A stretch of DNA of 64,000 bases. Source: Candidatus Campbellbacteria bacterium (GTDB lineage Bacteria; Patescibacteriota; Minisyncoccia; Phycocordibacterales; UBA1006). Within the stretch, counting starts at the first letter, position 1. The number at the start of each line of letters is the position of its first letter. Positions 1 through 8,923 of the stretch are shown here, piece after piece. The stretch is taken from positions 164,161-228,160 of the forward strand of contig NZWR01000004.1 in the NCBI GenBank assembly GCA_002698305.1, in the 5' to 3' direction. Position numbers and translations under genes: made by a program. The notes below the pieces were generated by a model, which worked only from the letters and a program-made list of their open reading frames with translations, did not search any database and had not been told where the DNA came from.

Positions 1-298
1 CAGTTGAATCGCAGTGCCAAATTCCACCGTTGTCCTCAATAGTAGTTCTAATATATCCAAATTCTTCACCTGGCTCAAATTCATCACATAAAGTTTCTAA
101 ACTTGCCGGGTATTTAGTGAAATCTATGAGGTTGCTCACACCTGATAAAGTTTGTACCATAGAGGCATTTTTTGCTCGAAAATTTTGATCGCCAAAAATA
201 TTTAAGCCTATTGTCGCCAAAACTCCTACAATAGCTATTGTGATTAAAATCTCAACCAAGCTGAACCCTTGGTGAAAACTTTTTTTCTGTAATTTCAT
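1..298 (-). CDS. Type IV pilin-like protein with prepilin-type N-terminal cleavage/methylation motif (partial; C-terminus beyond window start)
   Basis: Manual reverse-strand translation from ATG 298-296 gives MKLQKKSFHQGFSLVEILITIAIVGVLATIGLNIFGDQNFRAKNASMVQ... The G|FSLVEILI motif plus hydrophobic helix is the pilin signature. The frame stays open to position 1. It is absent from the ORF track because no stop lies in the window. Confidence 0.7.
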   Translation of the reverse strand, partial: MKLQKKSFHQGFSLVEILITIAIVGVLATIGLNIFGDQNFRAKNASMVQTLSGVSNLIDFTKYPASLETLCDEFEPGEEFGYIRTTIEDNGGIWHCDST

Positions 299-344
299 AT
301 TAGTAGAGTATAGCAAAAAAAAACACCTAGTGGTATTTTTTTTA

Positions 345-1187
345 CTACTTGAATCGTTTTGTTTTTCGCCTTGAAACAATAGCGTGATTTGAGTATTTTT
401 TCGGTCGTCGTGTTTTAACTCCGTAGGCCAATTTTCCTTGTCGTGTTTTTGGTCCACGCCGAAGTCCAATACCCTGACGCCCTTCTCCTCCTCCGTGTGG
501 GTGATCCACAGGGTTCATAGCTGAACCACGAACGGTAGGACGAATTCCCCGCCATCGTGAACGTCCAGCTTTTCCTCCTTTGACTAATTTATAGTCTGAG
601 TTAGAAACTTCACCAAACGATGCATATGATTGATCAGGAATCTTTCGAACTTCACCTGATGGAAGTTTAATATTAGTATATCCGTTTGCGTGAGCTGTAA
701 TTTGCGCGTAAGCCCCTGCAGATCGTACTAACTTAGCACCTCCATTTGGTTTCAATTCAATATTATAGATGAATGACCCTACTGGAATTTTGTGTAGTGG
801 CATTCGGTTTCCTGGTTTTAGTGGAGCATTTTCCCCTACAAGGAATGTATCTCCTACCTTAACCCCTTTTGGCATAACAACGTATCGTCGTTCTCCATCG
901 GCATAACATACCAATGAAATAAATGCTGTTCGGTTTGGATCATATTCAACCGTTTCAATTTTGGCTGGAATATCTCGCTTATTAAACAAGAAGTCAATCA
1001 TACGATATTTTCGCTTGTTTCCTCCTCCTTTGTGACGAGTTGTGATGCGACCTTGATTATTTCGTCCCATATCTCGCTTTCCTCCTTTGGTTAAAGCCTT
1101 GTGAGGTTTTGAAGCGGTCAATGTATTTCGGTAATCAAGTGTCACCATATTTCGCCGTGATGGCGATGTTGGTTTATATTTTTTCAT
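345..1187 (-). CDS. rplB: 50S ribosomal protein L2 (uL2)
   Basis: 280-aa ORF with HKGGG and PVDHPHGGGEG motifs. It follows uL23 in S10-operon order. Confidence 0.97.
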   Translation of the reverse strand: MKKYKPTSPSRRNMVTLDYRNTLTASKPHKALTKGGKRDMGRNNQGRITTRHKGGGNKRKYRMIDFLFNKRDIPAKIETVEYDPNRTAFISLVCYADGERRYVVMPKGVKVGDTFLVGENAPLKPGNRMPLHKIPVGSFIYNIELKPNGGAKLVRSAGAYAQITAHANGYTNIKLPSGEVRKIPDQSYASFGEVSNSDYKLVKGGKAGRSRWRGIRPTVRGSAMNPVDHPHGGGEGRQGIGLRRGPKTRQGKLAYGVKTRRPKKYSNHAIVSRRKTKRFK

Positions 1188-1278
1188 GTGTGTGTTGTAT
1201 GCTCAGTTCTTATCAGTTACTGAGAACTGTAATTAATCTCACTCTTATCAGTTGTGAGCACTTTAATAAATAGTGGTT

Positions 1279-1605
1279 CTAAGCTAAATCAATTGAGTCA
1301 CCTTTCTTCAAAGTTACCATGGCTTTTTTATAGCCTTTTACGTGAACCTTCCTCCCTCGCCGTGTTGCCTTTCGTGGCTGTGTTCGAGCAGTATTCACTG
1401 AAAGTGGTGTTACTTTATATGCCTCCTTAATTGCCTTTTTAATTTGAACCTTGTTTGCATCATTTGATACAAGAAAAGTATACACGTTGTTATCTGAAAT
1501 CATTGCTGCTTTTTCAGTAACACGTGGACCTTTAATCACCCAAGAAAGGTCAGTGCCTTGTGTGTCTTGAGTTTCTTTTTTCGAATCTTTTTTGAAGAGA
1601 GCCAT
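1279..1605 (-). CDS. rplW: 50S ribosomal protein L23 (uL23)
   Basis: 108-aa basic protein (PRVTEKA...YTFLV...ANKVQIKKAIKEAYKV) located between uL4 and uL2. Confidence 0.9.
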   Translation of the reverse strand: MALFKKDSKKETQDTQGTDLSWVIKGPRVTEKAAMISDNNVYTFLVSNDANKVQIKKAIKEAYKVTPLSVNTARTQPRKATRRGRKVHVKGYKKAMVTLKKGDSIDLA

Positions 1606-1606
1606 A

Positions 1607-2275
1607 CTATTTATTGGTTAGTTTGGTTTCTAAAAATTCGACCGTTTTTTCTGGGTGTTCAAGAACAAGGTATCGATTATTTAACACATCCAGCACGTTA
1701 ATATTTTGTAGCTGTGCTGTATTCACGTGGTGAATATTTTTCGCTCCAGCTTTTACATCATCTGATAATTCAGGTGATGCGAAGAAAATATTGTTGTGTT
1801 TCTTTGTGTTAATCGTTTCGAATCCGTCAGCTTTTTCAAGCGCTTTGAATGAAGCTACGATATCTTTTGTTTTATTTGAACCTGATTCAAGAGTATCAAC
1901 AAATAATACTTGACCGTTTCGCACTTTTTCTGCGAGTGCTATCAAAAGAGCTTTTTGGCTCATTTTTTTGTTGATTTTTTTACTGTAGTTACGTTCAGCC
2001 CGAGGACCAAAAGTAACTCCTCCACCAGCCCAGATAGGTGACCGTCTTGAACCATGACGAGCTTGCCCTGTTCCTTTTTGTCGCCAAGGCTTTCGTCCTC
2101 CTCCGCGAACTTCTGATCGGTCTTTAGTATGAGCAGTGTTAGATCGTGCATTTGATTGCATACCAACAGCAACTTGGTGTACTAGGTCTGCATTCCACTC
2201 AAGTCCAAAGATTGATTCTGGTAGTTCGAATTCTCGAGCTACTTCTCCCTTCGTATTGTAAACATTCGTTTTCAT
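1607..2275 (-). CDS. rplD: 50S ribosomal protein L4 (uL4)
   Basis: 222 aa with the RGGGRKPWRQKGTGQARHGS signature. Position in the operon is conserved. Confidence 0.95.
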   Translation of the reverse strand: MKTNVYNTKGEVAREFELPESIFGLEWNADLVHQVAVGMQSNARSNTAHTKDRSEVRGGGRKPWRQKGTGQARHGSRRSPIWAGGGVTFGPRAERNYSKKINKKMSQKALLIALAEKVRNGQVLFVDTLESGSNKTKDIVASFKALEKADGFETINTKKHNNIFFASPELSDDVKAGAKNIHHVNTAQLQNINVLDVLNNRYLVLEHPEKTVEFLETKLTNK

Positions 2276-2289
2276 AGTACGTGCGTAGA

Positions 2290-2907
2290 TTATGCAGAAA
2301 CGACTTCTAGTAATGTCCCTCGACGTCCTGGAAGTGCTCCTTTTACCAATAATTGTCCGTTCTTTGTATCAACTGCAACAACCTTAAGATTTTTTACAGT
2401 TGTTCGATCTGAACCCGTTCGACCAGCCATACGGGTACCCTTGAATACTCGCTGTGGCCCTGTTGCCCCAATAGACCCTGGACGACGTGTGTCGTGTCGG
2501 TGTCCGTGGGACGTAGGTGCTCCGGCAAAGTTGTGACGTTTCACAACCCCTTGGAACCCCTTACCTTTTGATACTCCTGATACTGCGATAACGTCTCCGG
2601 CTTCAAATACTGAAGCATCAAGAGTATCGCCAGCTTGTAATTCTGAAGTTGCTCCGTTTTTTAAACGAAATTCTTTAACAAAACGGAAATTTCCTTTTCC
2701 AGCAAAGTGACCTTGCTGGGCTTTGTTAATGTTTTTTTCTTTTCGTTCCCCTGAAGCTATTTGTACCGCATCATATCCATCAGTTTCAACTGATTTTACG
2801 TGGGTTACGGTTGCTTCTGGAACAGAAATAACTGTTGCAGGAACAACAACACCATCTTCATTGAAGAATTGGGTCATGTGCTCCTTTGTTCCTAGAATAA
2901 ATTTCAT
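2290..2907 (-). CDS. rplC: 50S ribosomal protein L3 (uL3)
   Basis: Contains KGKGFQGVVKRHNFAGAPTSHGH. I moved the start to ATG at 2907 (MKFILGTKEHMTQFF), because the 17-codon upstream extension in the ORF track looks spurious. Confidence 0.93.
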   Translation of the reverse strand: MKFILGTKEHMTQFFNEDGVVVPATVISVPEATVTHVKSVETDGYDAVQIASGERKEKNINKAQQGHFAGKGNFRFVKEFRLKNGATSELQAGDTLDASVFEAGDVIAVSGVSKGKGFQGVVKRHNFAGAPTSHGHRHDTRRPGSIGATGPQRVFKGTRMAGRTGSDRTTVKNLKVVAVDTKNGQLLVKGALPGRRGTLLEVVSA

Positions 2908-3036
2908 AGTGTGCATATGTTCATACCGAAGGCGAAGACGCCCTCGGTAGTGGAACATCTAAGTGGTTGACTGCAGAGCAGCCAACATTAGTAAATAATA
3001 TTAATCAAACAGCTATAAGTGTGTTTGAAATATGAA

Positions 3037-3363
3037 TTACATCATCTTTACGTCGATATCGACTCCAGATGGTAAGTTCATGTTTGTTAACGCTTCCACA
3101 ACTTTTGGTGTTGGATTGATAATATCAATCAACCGTTTGTGAATGCGTGTTTCAAATTGTTCACGGGCGTCCTTGTATACAAATGATGCGCGGTTAACCG
3201 TGTACTTTTTGATGTCTGTTGGAAGTGGGATTGGACCACGTGTTTCTGCCTCGTATGAAGCAGCCGTATCCATGATTTGCTTTACCGATGTATCGAGTAT
3301 TTTACTTTCATAGGCACGAACGCGAATACGTAGTGTTGATCCTTGTGTTTTTTGTTCTGCCAT
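3037..3363 (-). CDS. rpsJ: 30S ribosomal protein S10 (uS10)
   Basis: 108 aa (LRIRVRAYESKILD...GPIPLPTDIKKYTVNRA), immediately downstream of tuf. Confidence 0.95.
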   Translation of the reverse strand: MAEQKTQGSTLRIRVRAYESKILDTSVKQIMDTAASYEAETRGPIPLPTDIKKYTVNRASFVYKDAREQFETRIHKRLIDIINPTPKVVEALTNMNLPSGVDIDVKMM

Positions 3364-3383
3364 AAAATCAATTAATTACGCTG

Positions 3384-4577
3384 CTAGGCGTTGATTTTAG
3401 TAACAACTCCAGCTCCAACGGTTCGTCCTCCTTCTCGAACAGCGAATCGCATGTTGTCGTTGATCGCAACAGGCACTTGTAGTTTTACCTTAAGAGTAAT
3501 AGTGTCTCCTGGCATAACCATTTCAGTTCCTTCTGGAAGTTCAATTTCTCCGGTTACGTCAGTTGTTCGAATGTAGAACTGAGGTTTGTAACCTTTAAAG
3601 AATGGTGTGTGTCGTCCACCTTCTTCTTTTTTAAGAACGTAGATTTCAGCTTCGAATTCTGTATGTGGAGTAATCGTTCCTTTTGCTGCAAGAACTTGTC
3701 CTCGAGTAATGTCTTCTTTTTTAAGACCTCGAAGAAGAATTCCAGCGTTATCTCCAGCAAGCCCTTCTTGAAGTTGCTTATTGAACATTTCAACTCCAGT
3801 AACGGTTGAAACAGTTGTATCTTTGATTCCAACAATTTCAATTTCTTCTCCAACCTTTACTTTACCTTGTTCGATTTTACCTGTTACCACTGTTCCTCGT
3901 CCTTCAATTGAGAAAATATCTTCTACTGGCATAAGGAATGGTTTATCAAGTTCTCGTACTGGTTCTGGGAAGTATGTATCCATAGCTTCTACAAGCTCAA
4001 GGATTTTTTGTACCCACTGGTCATCAGCTGAATCTGCCTCAAGAGCTTTCAGTGCTGACCCTTTGATAACTGGAGCGTTGTCTCCATCAAATTCATATTT
4101 AGTAAGAAGATCACGTAGTTCCATTTCTACAAGGTCTACCATTTCTTCTTCACCTTCCATCATATCCATTTTATTAATGAAAACGATTAAGTTCGGTACA
4201 CCAACTTGCTTTGCAAGAAGGATGTGTTCTCGCGTCTGTGGCATTGGACCATCAGTCGCAGCACACACGATAATAGCACCGTCCATTTGAGCAGCACCAG
4301 TAATCATGTTTTTGATGTAGTCCGCGTGACCTGGAGCATCAATGTGTGCGTAGTGACGAGTATCTGATTCGTACTCGTTGTGTGAGATTGAGATAGTAAT
4401 ACCTCGTTCTCGTTCTTCTGGAGCGTTATCAATTCCTGAAACGTCTCGCATTTTTACTGTTTTACCAGCAAGGTTCAATGAGTGCAGAATTGCTGCAGTC
4501 AAAGTAGTTTTACCGTGGTCAACGTGACCAATAGTTCCCACGTTTACGTGGACTTTATCTCGGTTGAATTCTGACAT
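3384..4577 (-). CDS. tuf: Elongation factor Tu
   Basis: 397 aa with [15 protein letters not shown] and NKMD GTPase motifs and full three-domain length. Confidence 0.98.
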   Translation of the reverse strand: MSEFNRDKVHVNVGTIGHVDHGKTTLTAAILHSLNLAGKTVKMRDVSGIDNAPEERERGITISISHNEYESDTRHYAHIDAPGHADYIKNMITGAAQMDGAIIVCAATDGPMPQTREHILLAKQVGVPNLIVFINKMDMMEGEEEMVDLVEMELRDLLTKYEFDGDNAPVIKGSALKALEADSADDQWVQKILELVEAMDTYFPEPVRELDKPFLMPVEDIFSIEGRGTVVTGKIEQGKVKVGEEIEIVGIKDTTVSTVTGVEMFNKQLQEGLAGDNAGILLRGLKKEDITRGQVLAAKGTITPHTEFEAEIYVLKKEEGGRHTPFFKGYKPQFYIRTTDVTGEIELPEGTEMVMPGDTITLKVKLQVPVAINDNMRFAVREGGRTVGAGVVTKINA

Positions 4578-4784
4578 GTGAATGTTTTTGAATTAGTAAG
4601 TACATTACGCGACGTCTAACCTTTCAATATCAATACATAGAACTAATTGCGCGTGTTCTGTGATTAATATTTTCCGGCTATGTGTTGCATCTCGTAAGTG
4701 GTACTGAGTAATAAAATTTAATGTTTTTATTTCCAAAAAGCTTGGTAAATAAAAACCACAACAACACAAGCTGTGATATTGAAT

Positions 4785-4812
4785 ATATTAGTTTTTTGCT
4801 TATAAATGTCAA
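4785..4812 (-). promoter_or_regulatory. Candidate sigma70-type promoter reading toward tuf
   Basis: On the minus strand, TTGACA (4812-4807) is followed by a 16-nt spacer and TAATAT (4790-4785). This would leave a 5' leader of about 200 nt before the tuf ATG at 4577. Confidence 0.4.
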
Positions 4813-4849
4813 AGAGTTTTCCACGAATATTCCTTATATTATAAGGGTT

Positions 4850-4905
4850 TAAAGGACATTATATGTCTTTTATAAAGGACATTATTACAGAGCAAAAATG
4901 TCCTT
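4850..4905. repeat. Three copies of the AAGGACATT motif (two direct 13-mers TAAAGGACATTAT, one inverted)
   Basis: Direct copies lie at 4850-4862 and 4873-4885 (23-nt register). The inverted 9-mer AATGTCCTT lies at 4897-4905. All are upstream of the candidate tuf promoter. Confidence 0.6.
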
Positions 4906-4918
4906 GTAAAAGCCCTAT

Positions 4919-4959
4919 TTTGTAACAAAAAAGAGCATGATGCTCTTTTTTGTTACAAA
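4919..4959. terminator. 41-nt perfect palindrome (20-bp arms), a bidirectional hairpin/terminator
   Basis: TTTGTAACAAAAAAGAGCAT-g-ATGCTCTTTTTTGTTACAAA. It overlaps the stop codon of the 42-aa ORF (4953-4955). Confidence 0.65.
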
Positions 4960-5081
4960 TTATCAATTAGCCAATTCTTTTGTTCATCATCAAATTTTTC
5001 AAAATTTAATAGAAGAAAAACTTTAATTCGATCATGTAGGTCTGATTCTGCTATCTTTTTACTAAATTCTTCTTTACTCAT
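4953..5081 (-). CDS. Small hypothetical protein (42 aa), translationally coupled to the upstream gene
   Basis: Manual translation gives MSKEEFSKKIAESDLHDRIKVFLLLNFEKFDDEQKNWLIDNL*. Its ATG overlaps the TGA of the 5078.. ORF (ATGA), and its stop lies inside the palindrome. It is below the ORF-track size cutoff. Confidence 0.4.
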   Translation of the reverse strand: MSKEEFSKKIAESDLHDRIKVFLLLNFEKFDDEQKNWLIDNL

Positions 5082-5778
5082 AATTTTTTCATTTCTAACT
5101 TAACCTTTTCTGCGAGTGCTTTGTATAAATCAACTGGTAATTCATCTGATGTAAAGCCTTCTGGTAATTTCTCTTTTGGATAAAATACTTCCTTTATTGC
5201 TCCTGTTTCAGTATTAACAATTTTTATATTTACAGCATCATTAGCTTGTTCAGTAGTATTATTTTCCGGAACATCGTCATAAATAATATAATGATCTGGC
5301 ATTGTGTATTCAGGGAAATCTATATCTTCAAGATATTCTGTACTCCCTCTATAAATTGTTTCAAAATCACCTTTATTTTCTGGCTCATTAACAACTAATT
5401 GATTTTCACCTCCAAAATCTAAATTAAATGCTTCTTGGGCATACATTTGGAATTTTAAGACTGGTGACTGTTCTCTATTTTCATTAAACAAGTCAGATTC
5501 ATTAATAAAAGCAACAGTGGGCTTGATAGATTCTACTTTGTTTGTACTTCTTTTTGCCCAAGTTTCTTCGTAATTTTCAATTTTATTTCTTAATATATCT
5601 CTACTCTCTTCTAAGGTTACATTTTCCTGTGCATCCGCATTAAATGAACCTAGAGTGATAACCCCCCCAGCGCAAGCATTTTTAAATATTTTTTAGATTT
5701 TTCCCAGTTTGTTGTTTTTCCTTCAATTGAGTTTTCCTTTTTTTCAACTGCTGGTGGTTTGTCAAAATTAAATTTCAT
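5078..5778 (-). pseudogene. Hypothetical signal-anchor/secreted protein split by a frameshift at a C7 (G7 on the coding strand) homopolymer at 5662-5668
   Basis: An ATG at 5778 opens a 42-codon ORF (MKFNFDKPPAVEKKENSIEGKTTNWEKSKKYLKMLALGGLSL*) that stops at 5650. The frame of the 137-aa ORF 5078-5491 is open upstream to 5690. One extra G would fuse both into about 233 aa (...MLALGGGVITLGSFNADAQENV...). Confidence 0.5.
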
Positions 5779-5819
5779 AATAATTTTATTATACTATATA
5801 TAAAAAAAAACTTAATTTA

Positions 5820-6587
5820 TTATAATTCAGTTAAAATTTCCGATCCGTTTTCCGTAATTAACACTGTATGCTCTACATGTGCAGAGACTTGTTTATCGGC
5901 GGTGGTTACTGTGTATCCATCATTATGAAATTTCACATTTGAGGTTCCTAGATTAAACATCGGCTCAATAGCGATAATCATTCCAGGTTTTAAGGTTGCA
6001 CCGGCTCCGGCTTTTCCATAATTAGGCACATACGGATCTTCGTGAACGGCAAGCCCAACCCCGTGACCTGATAATTCTTTGACGTTTCCGTAACGTTTAT
6101 TATTAAAAGATTCGATCGCATGCCCGATATCACCAACAGTATTACCTGGCTGCGCTGCAGCAATTCCTAGTGCAAGTGCCTCACGCGTATCATGCACAAG
6201 TTGAGCCTTTTCTTTTGAAACATTTCCAACAATGACGGTCCGTGCTGAATCCGTAAACATATTTTTGTATTTCAAGCCAAGATCTATGGAAACAATGTCT
6301 CCATCCTTGATAATCATATCGTTAGTTGGAATTCCGTGAACAATAACATCATTGATCGAAACACAGAGACTTGCTGGGTATTTAGGGGTATGTCGATCAG
6401 GTGAATACCCTAAAAATGACGGCTCTGCCCCTGCTGCTCGAACCTTCTGTTCAGCAATGATATCAAGCTCTTTTGCCGAAATACCTGGGGTAATTAATTC
6501 CTCAAGTTCATTTAAAATACGCGCATGTATTTTCCCAGCAGCCCGCATAATAGCGATTTGATTGTCATTTTTTATAGTAATTGCCAT
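5820..6587 (-). CDS. map: Methionine aminopeptidase, type I
   Basis: Pita-bread fold motifs are present (VHGIP, D..SID, GHGVG, EP, HVEHTV). I set the start at ATG 6587 (MAITIKNDNQIAIMRAAG). Confidence 0.93.
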   Translation of the reverse strand: MAITIKNDNQIAIMRAAGKIHARILNELEELITPGISAKELDIIAEQKVRAAGAEPSFLGYSPDRHTPKYPASLCVSINDVIVHGIPTNDMIIKDGDIVSIDLGLKYKNMFTDSARTVIVGNVSKEKAQLVHDTREALALGIAAAQPGNTVGDIGHAIESFNNKRYGNVKELSGHGVGLAVHEDPYVPNYGKAGAGATLKPGMIIAIEPMFNLGTSNVKFHNDGYTVTTADKQVSAHVEHTVLITENGSEILTEL

Positions 6588-6639
6588 AGCTAGCTGTATC
6601 CTAACAAAATGACCAAAAATAAAAACCTCTGACAAGGTT

Positions 6640-7131
6640 TTAATTATCTGCAGGAGTTACCCCAACCGTAATACTATTATTCCCCCATGCTAAATTTGTA
6701 CCGTTACTACATCTGGTCACGCCCCCGCTTTCCGTCGGATCGATAGTACGTTCTTGATTATATACGAGCATATACCATTGACCTGGCGTACACCCGATAG
6801 AGAAGCCTGTTCCAGTATAGTACGCATAACTCAAACCGCCGTTATATGGATAAGCACTTTCATCAGAAGGATCGCGAGGTAAATTCATCCCGATCTCAGT
6901 CTCAAAATTATCCCAAGTGTGTGGTAGTCGCCAACCATTGGTAACAGGATATTCTCCATTATTAGTGTAGTAAGTTTCAAGTGCCGTTTGAATATTCTTA
7001 ATATCTAGCTGTCGCCGTGCATCACGAGCACTCGCTCGAGCATCAGACAGTGAACCTAATATAGTACTCGAGAGCACTCCAATAATCGAAATAACTACTA
7101 ATAGCTCAATAAGTGTGAATCCTTTTTTCAT
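6640..7131 (-). CDS. Type IV pilin-like protein (prepilin N-terminal methylation domain)
   Basis: MKKGFTLIELLVVISIIGVLSS is a canonical G|FTLIELLVV motif. Start set at ATG 7131. Confidence 0.85.
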   Translation of the reverse strand: MKKGFTLIELLVVISIIGVLSSTILGSLSDARASARDARRQLDIKNIQTALETYYTNNGEYPVTNGWRLPHTWDNFETEIGMNLPRDPSDESAYPYNGGLSYAYYTGTGFSIGCTPGQWYMLVYNQERTIDPTESGGVTRCSNGTNLAWGNNSITVGVTPADN

Positions 7132-7167
7132 TAAATATAGTGTAGCAAGAAATATCAAAAAAAACGA

Positions 7168-7854
7168 TTATGATATAACCGTTCCTTCAAAATGTTCACC
7201 GTTAAGGTAACCTTTCAGATTTTCAATTGATGCGCCAAGAATTGCAACAGTAATACCAAGCTCTTGGGCTTTGCGGGACGCGATTGGATCAAAGGGGGCT
7301 GACATACCCGGTGTCCATTCTTTTGGTATAAGATTTCGGTATTCATCCCAAGAAAGTTTGTCGTAGCGAACAGCATCTGGATTTATTCTTGGATCTTCAT
7401 TGTACACATGCGAAGTATTTGAAAAATTGATAATTCTCTGTGCCCCAGAAACTTGTGCCATTTCAACAGCATCAGTATCTGACGAACAACCGGGTTCCCA
7501 AGCACCAACAATAACCAATGATTCATTAATACCTTCTAAATCTTTGGGTTTTAAAATAACTTCAGAGTGAACATTAAGGTCAGAGAATATTCGATATAAA
7601 AGTTCACAGTTAAGACGAATTGTCTGAATACCAATCCAATCTAAATCTTCATCGTTTGTATTCTGAAATTCTTCTGCTGCTGCTTGGTAACGACGACAGG
7701 TTTTCCCTCCACCAACAACCAACGCTATTTGATATCCATCAGTGATAAAGTACCGAACCATATTTTTAAGTGATTTGATAAAATCCACATCAATAGATTC
7801 TGGGATCAATAATGAACCACCCATTGCTATTACAATTGTCTCTTTAAATTTCAT
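7168..7854 (-). CDS. Amino-acid-kinase-fold protein, archaeal-type UMP kinase-like
   Basis: MKFKETIVIAMGGSLL...VVGGGKTCR...GAWEPGCSSDTDAVEMA...NTSHVYNEDPRINPDA matches the uridylate kinase (PyrH, archaeal branch) pattern. Start at ATG 7854, directly after the adk stop. Confidence 0.6.
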   Translation of the reverse strand: MKFKETIVIAMGGSLLIPESIDVDFIKSLKNMVRYFITDGYQIALVVGGGKTCRRYQAAAEEFQNTNDEDLDWIGIQTIRLNCELLYRIFSDLNVHSEVILKPKDLEGINESLVIVGAWEPGCSSDTDAVEMAQVSGAQRIINFSNTSHVYNEDPRINPDAVRYDKLSWDEYRNLIPKEWTPGMSAPFDPIASRKAQELGITVAILGASIENLKGYLNGEHFEGTVIS

Positions 7855-7858
7855 ATAC

Positions 7859-8455
7859 CTAGTCTTGTAATATTTCTTTAATTGATTGATGAATAGACTC
7901 AACTGACCCTTCACCATCAATATCGAAAACCTTATAATTTTTCTTTTCTCTGAGAAGTTCTAATGACGGGAGCACCTTTTCATTATAAAAAGTAATTCTA
8001 TTTTCAATTGCCTCTCTATCAACATCATCGGTTCGACCACGTTCAGTCATACGACGACGAACTTCTTCTTCTGAAACTTCGATGTGGATTACTACAACGT
8101 CGTCTGCTCGATTGTAATAATCTAATGCTCTATCGAGAGTATCCACTTGATGGAGAGTTCTCGGATAACCATCGAGAATGAGAATTTGTTCTGGATCATC
8201 AAGATTTTGCACTAAATCACCAACAAGGAGCCAGTCTGTAAGAAAATCTGGTACCAACTCACCTTTTTTGATTATATCTCTGAGACGATCCGAAGTGTAT
8301 CCATCCCCTTTCACCATTTGTCTAAAGAGATGTCCTGATTCAAAATGATAAACCTCTCTTTGATTTGAAATAATTTGTTTTTTAAGCAATTCAATTTGCG
8401 TTCCCTTTCCTGAACCAGATCGACCCATTACAATAAGTGTTTTTGGTATGTTCAT
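7859..8455 (-). CDS. adk: Adenylate kinase
   Basis: P-loop GRSGSGKGTQ is present, with an LDGYPRT motif and the R..D lid region. Confidence 0.88.
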   Translation of the reverse strand: MNIPKTLIVMGRSGSGKGTQIELLKKQIISNQREVYHFESGHLFRQMVKGDGYTSDRLRDIIKKGELVPDFLTDWLLVGDLVQNLDDPEQILILDGYPRTLHQVDTLDRALDYYNRADDVVVIHIEVSEEEVRRRMTERGRTDDVDREAIENRITFYNEKVLPSLELLREKKNYKVFDIDGEGSVESIHQSIKEILQD

Positions 8456-8501
8456 GCCGCGTATGATTATAACAAACTGAGATAGAAAAACAAAAAGCAG
8501 C

Positions 8502-8771
8502 TTATTCAGCTACTTCTTCTCCTTCCTTGTTAGGTTCATTAATTTTTACATTAACGCGGGCCTGAGATTTCATACCGCACACTCGAACCAAAGTTCGAAT
8601 TGATTTTGCAGTTGCTCCCTGGCGTCCAATAACTTGCCCCATATCTTCTGGGTTTACGTCTAGCGTCAGCAGTACTCCCATATCGTCAACGGTTTTTGTT
8701 ACCTTTACGTCATCAGGATTATCTACTATCCCTTTTATAATATATTCAAGAAAGTCTTGTGGTTCTGTCAT
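8502..8771 (-). CDS. KH-domain RNA-binding protein (KhpA/YlqC-like)
   Basis: The GQVIGRQGATAKSIRTL GXXG KH motif is present. Start set at ATG 8771 (MTEPQDFLEYI). Confidence 0.75.
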   Translation of the reverse strand: MTEPQDFLEYIIKGIVDNPDDVKVTKTVDDMGVLLTLDVNPEDMGQVIGRQGATAKSIRTLVRVCGMKSQARVNVKINEPNKEGEEVAE

Positions 8772-8894
8772 AATTTCCTTCTGTGGTACATCTACCCTGA
8801 TCATGAATAGACGTGGTTAGTTTATAGTGTTACGTAACAACATGAATAGTCATGTGTTATTTCTATTATACCTAATGACGAGTTTATTTTGCAA

Positions 8895-8923
8895 ATATAA
8901 AACCACTCTTTCGAGTAGTTTTA
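8895..8923 (-). terminator. Putative terminator directly after rpsG
   Basis: AAAACCACTC-tttc-GAGTAGTTTT forms 9 of 10 bp. On the minus strand it is followed by TATATTT and it overlaps the rpsG stop. This suggests the rpsL-rpsG transcript ends here. Confidence 0.4.

Noticed and set aside
298-345. A-run/T-run flanked element AAAAAAAAACACC-tagt-GGTATTTTTTTT after rplB as a terminator
   Set aside because: The stem has only 3 consecutive strong pairs with a C-A mismatch. It is plausible as a weak bidirectional terminator but too marginal to list as a feature.
2908-2958. Long N-terminal extensions given by the ORF track for rplC, map, the pilin, the UMP-kinase-like gene, the KH protein, efp, glyQS, the recO-like gene, argS, tmk, the DsbA-like gene and the DUF2207-like gene
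   Set aside because: The extensions lack family-like sequence, and an internal ATG restores the canonical N-terminus (e.g. MKFILG for uL3, MKGTLIVIDG for Tmk). Several extensions also run through upstream terminators or neighbouring genes.
3391-4290. Four ORFs (61-169 aa) overlapping tuf, three antisense and one on the same strand in another frame (3391-3576, 3554-3853, 3609-3809, 3781-4290)
   Set aside because: They lie entirely inside the strongly conserved EF-Tu reading frame, have low-complexity S/T/F/K-rich translations and no independent signals. They are shadow ORFs. The same reasoning applies to the overlapping ORFs inside rplD, rplC, rpsL, map, comEC, recJ, metG, the antiporter, glyQS, ileS, argS, the P-type ATPase, tmk, glyA, tyrS and ndh listed in the track.
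4578-4784. Looked for tRNA genes upstream of tuf, and likewise upstream of secE (57181-57296), where tRNAs are commonly found
   Set aside because: I found no cloverleaf-compatible sequence and no GTTCGAATC/GGTTCAAAT T-loop motif on either strand. Only simple hairpins are present, e.g. CATAGAAC-n11-GTTCTGTG at ~4639-4665.
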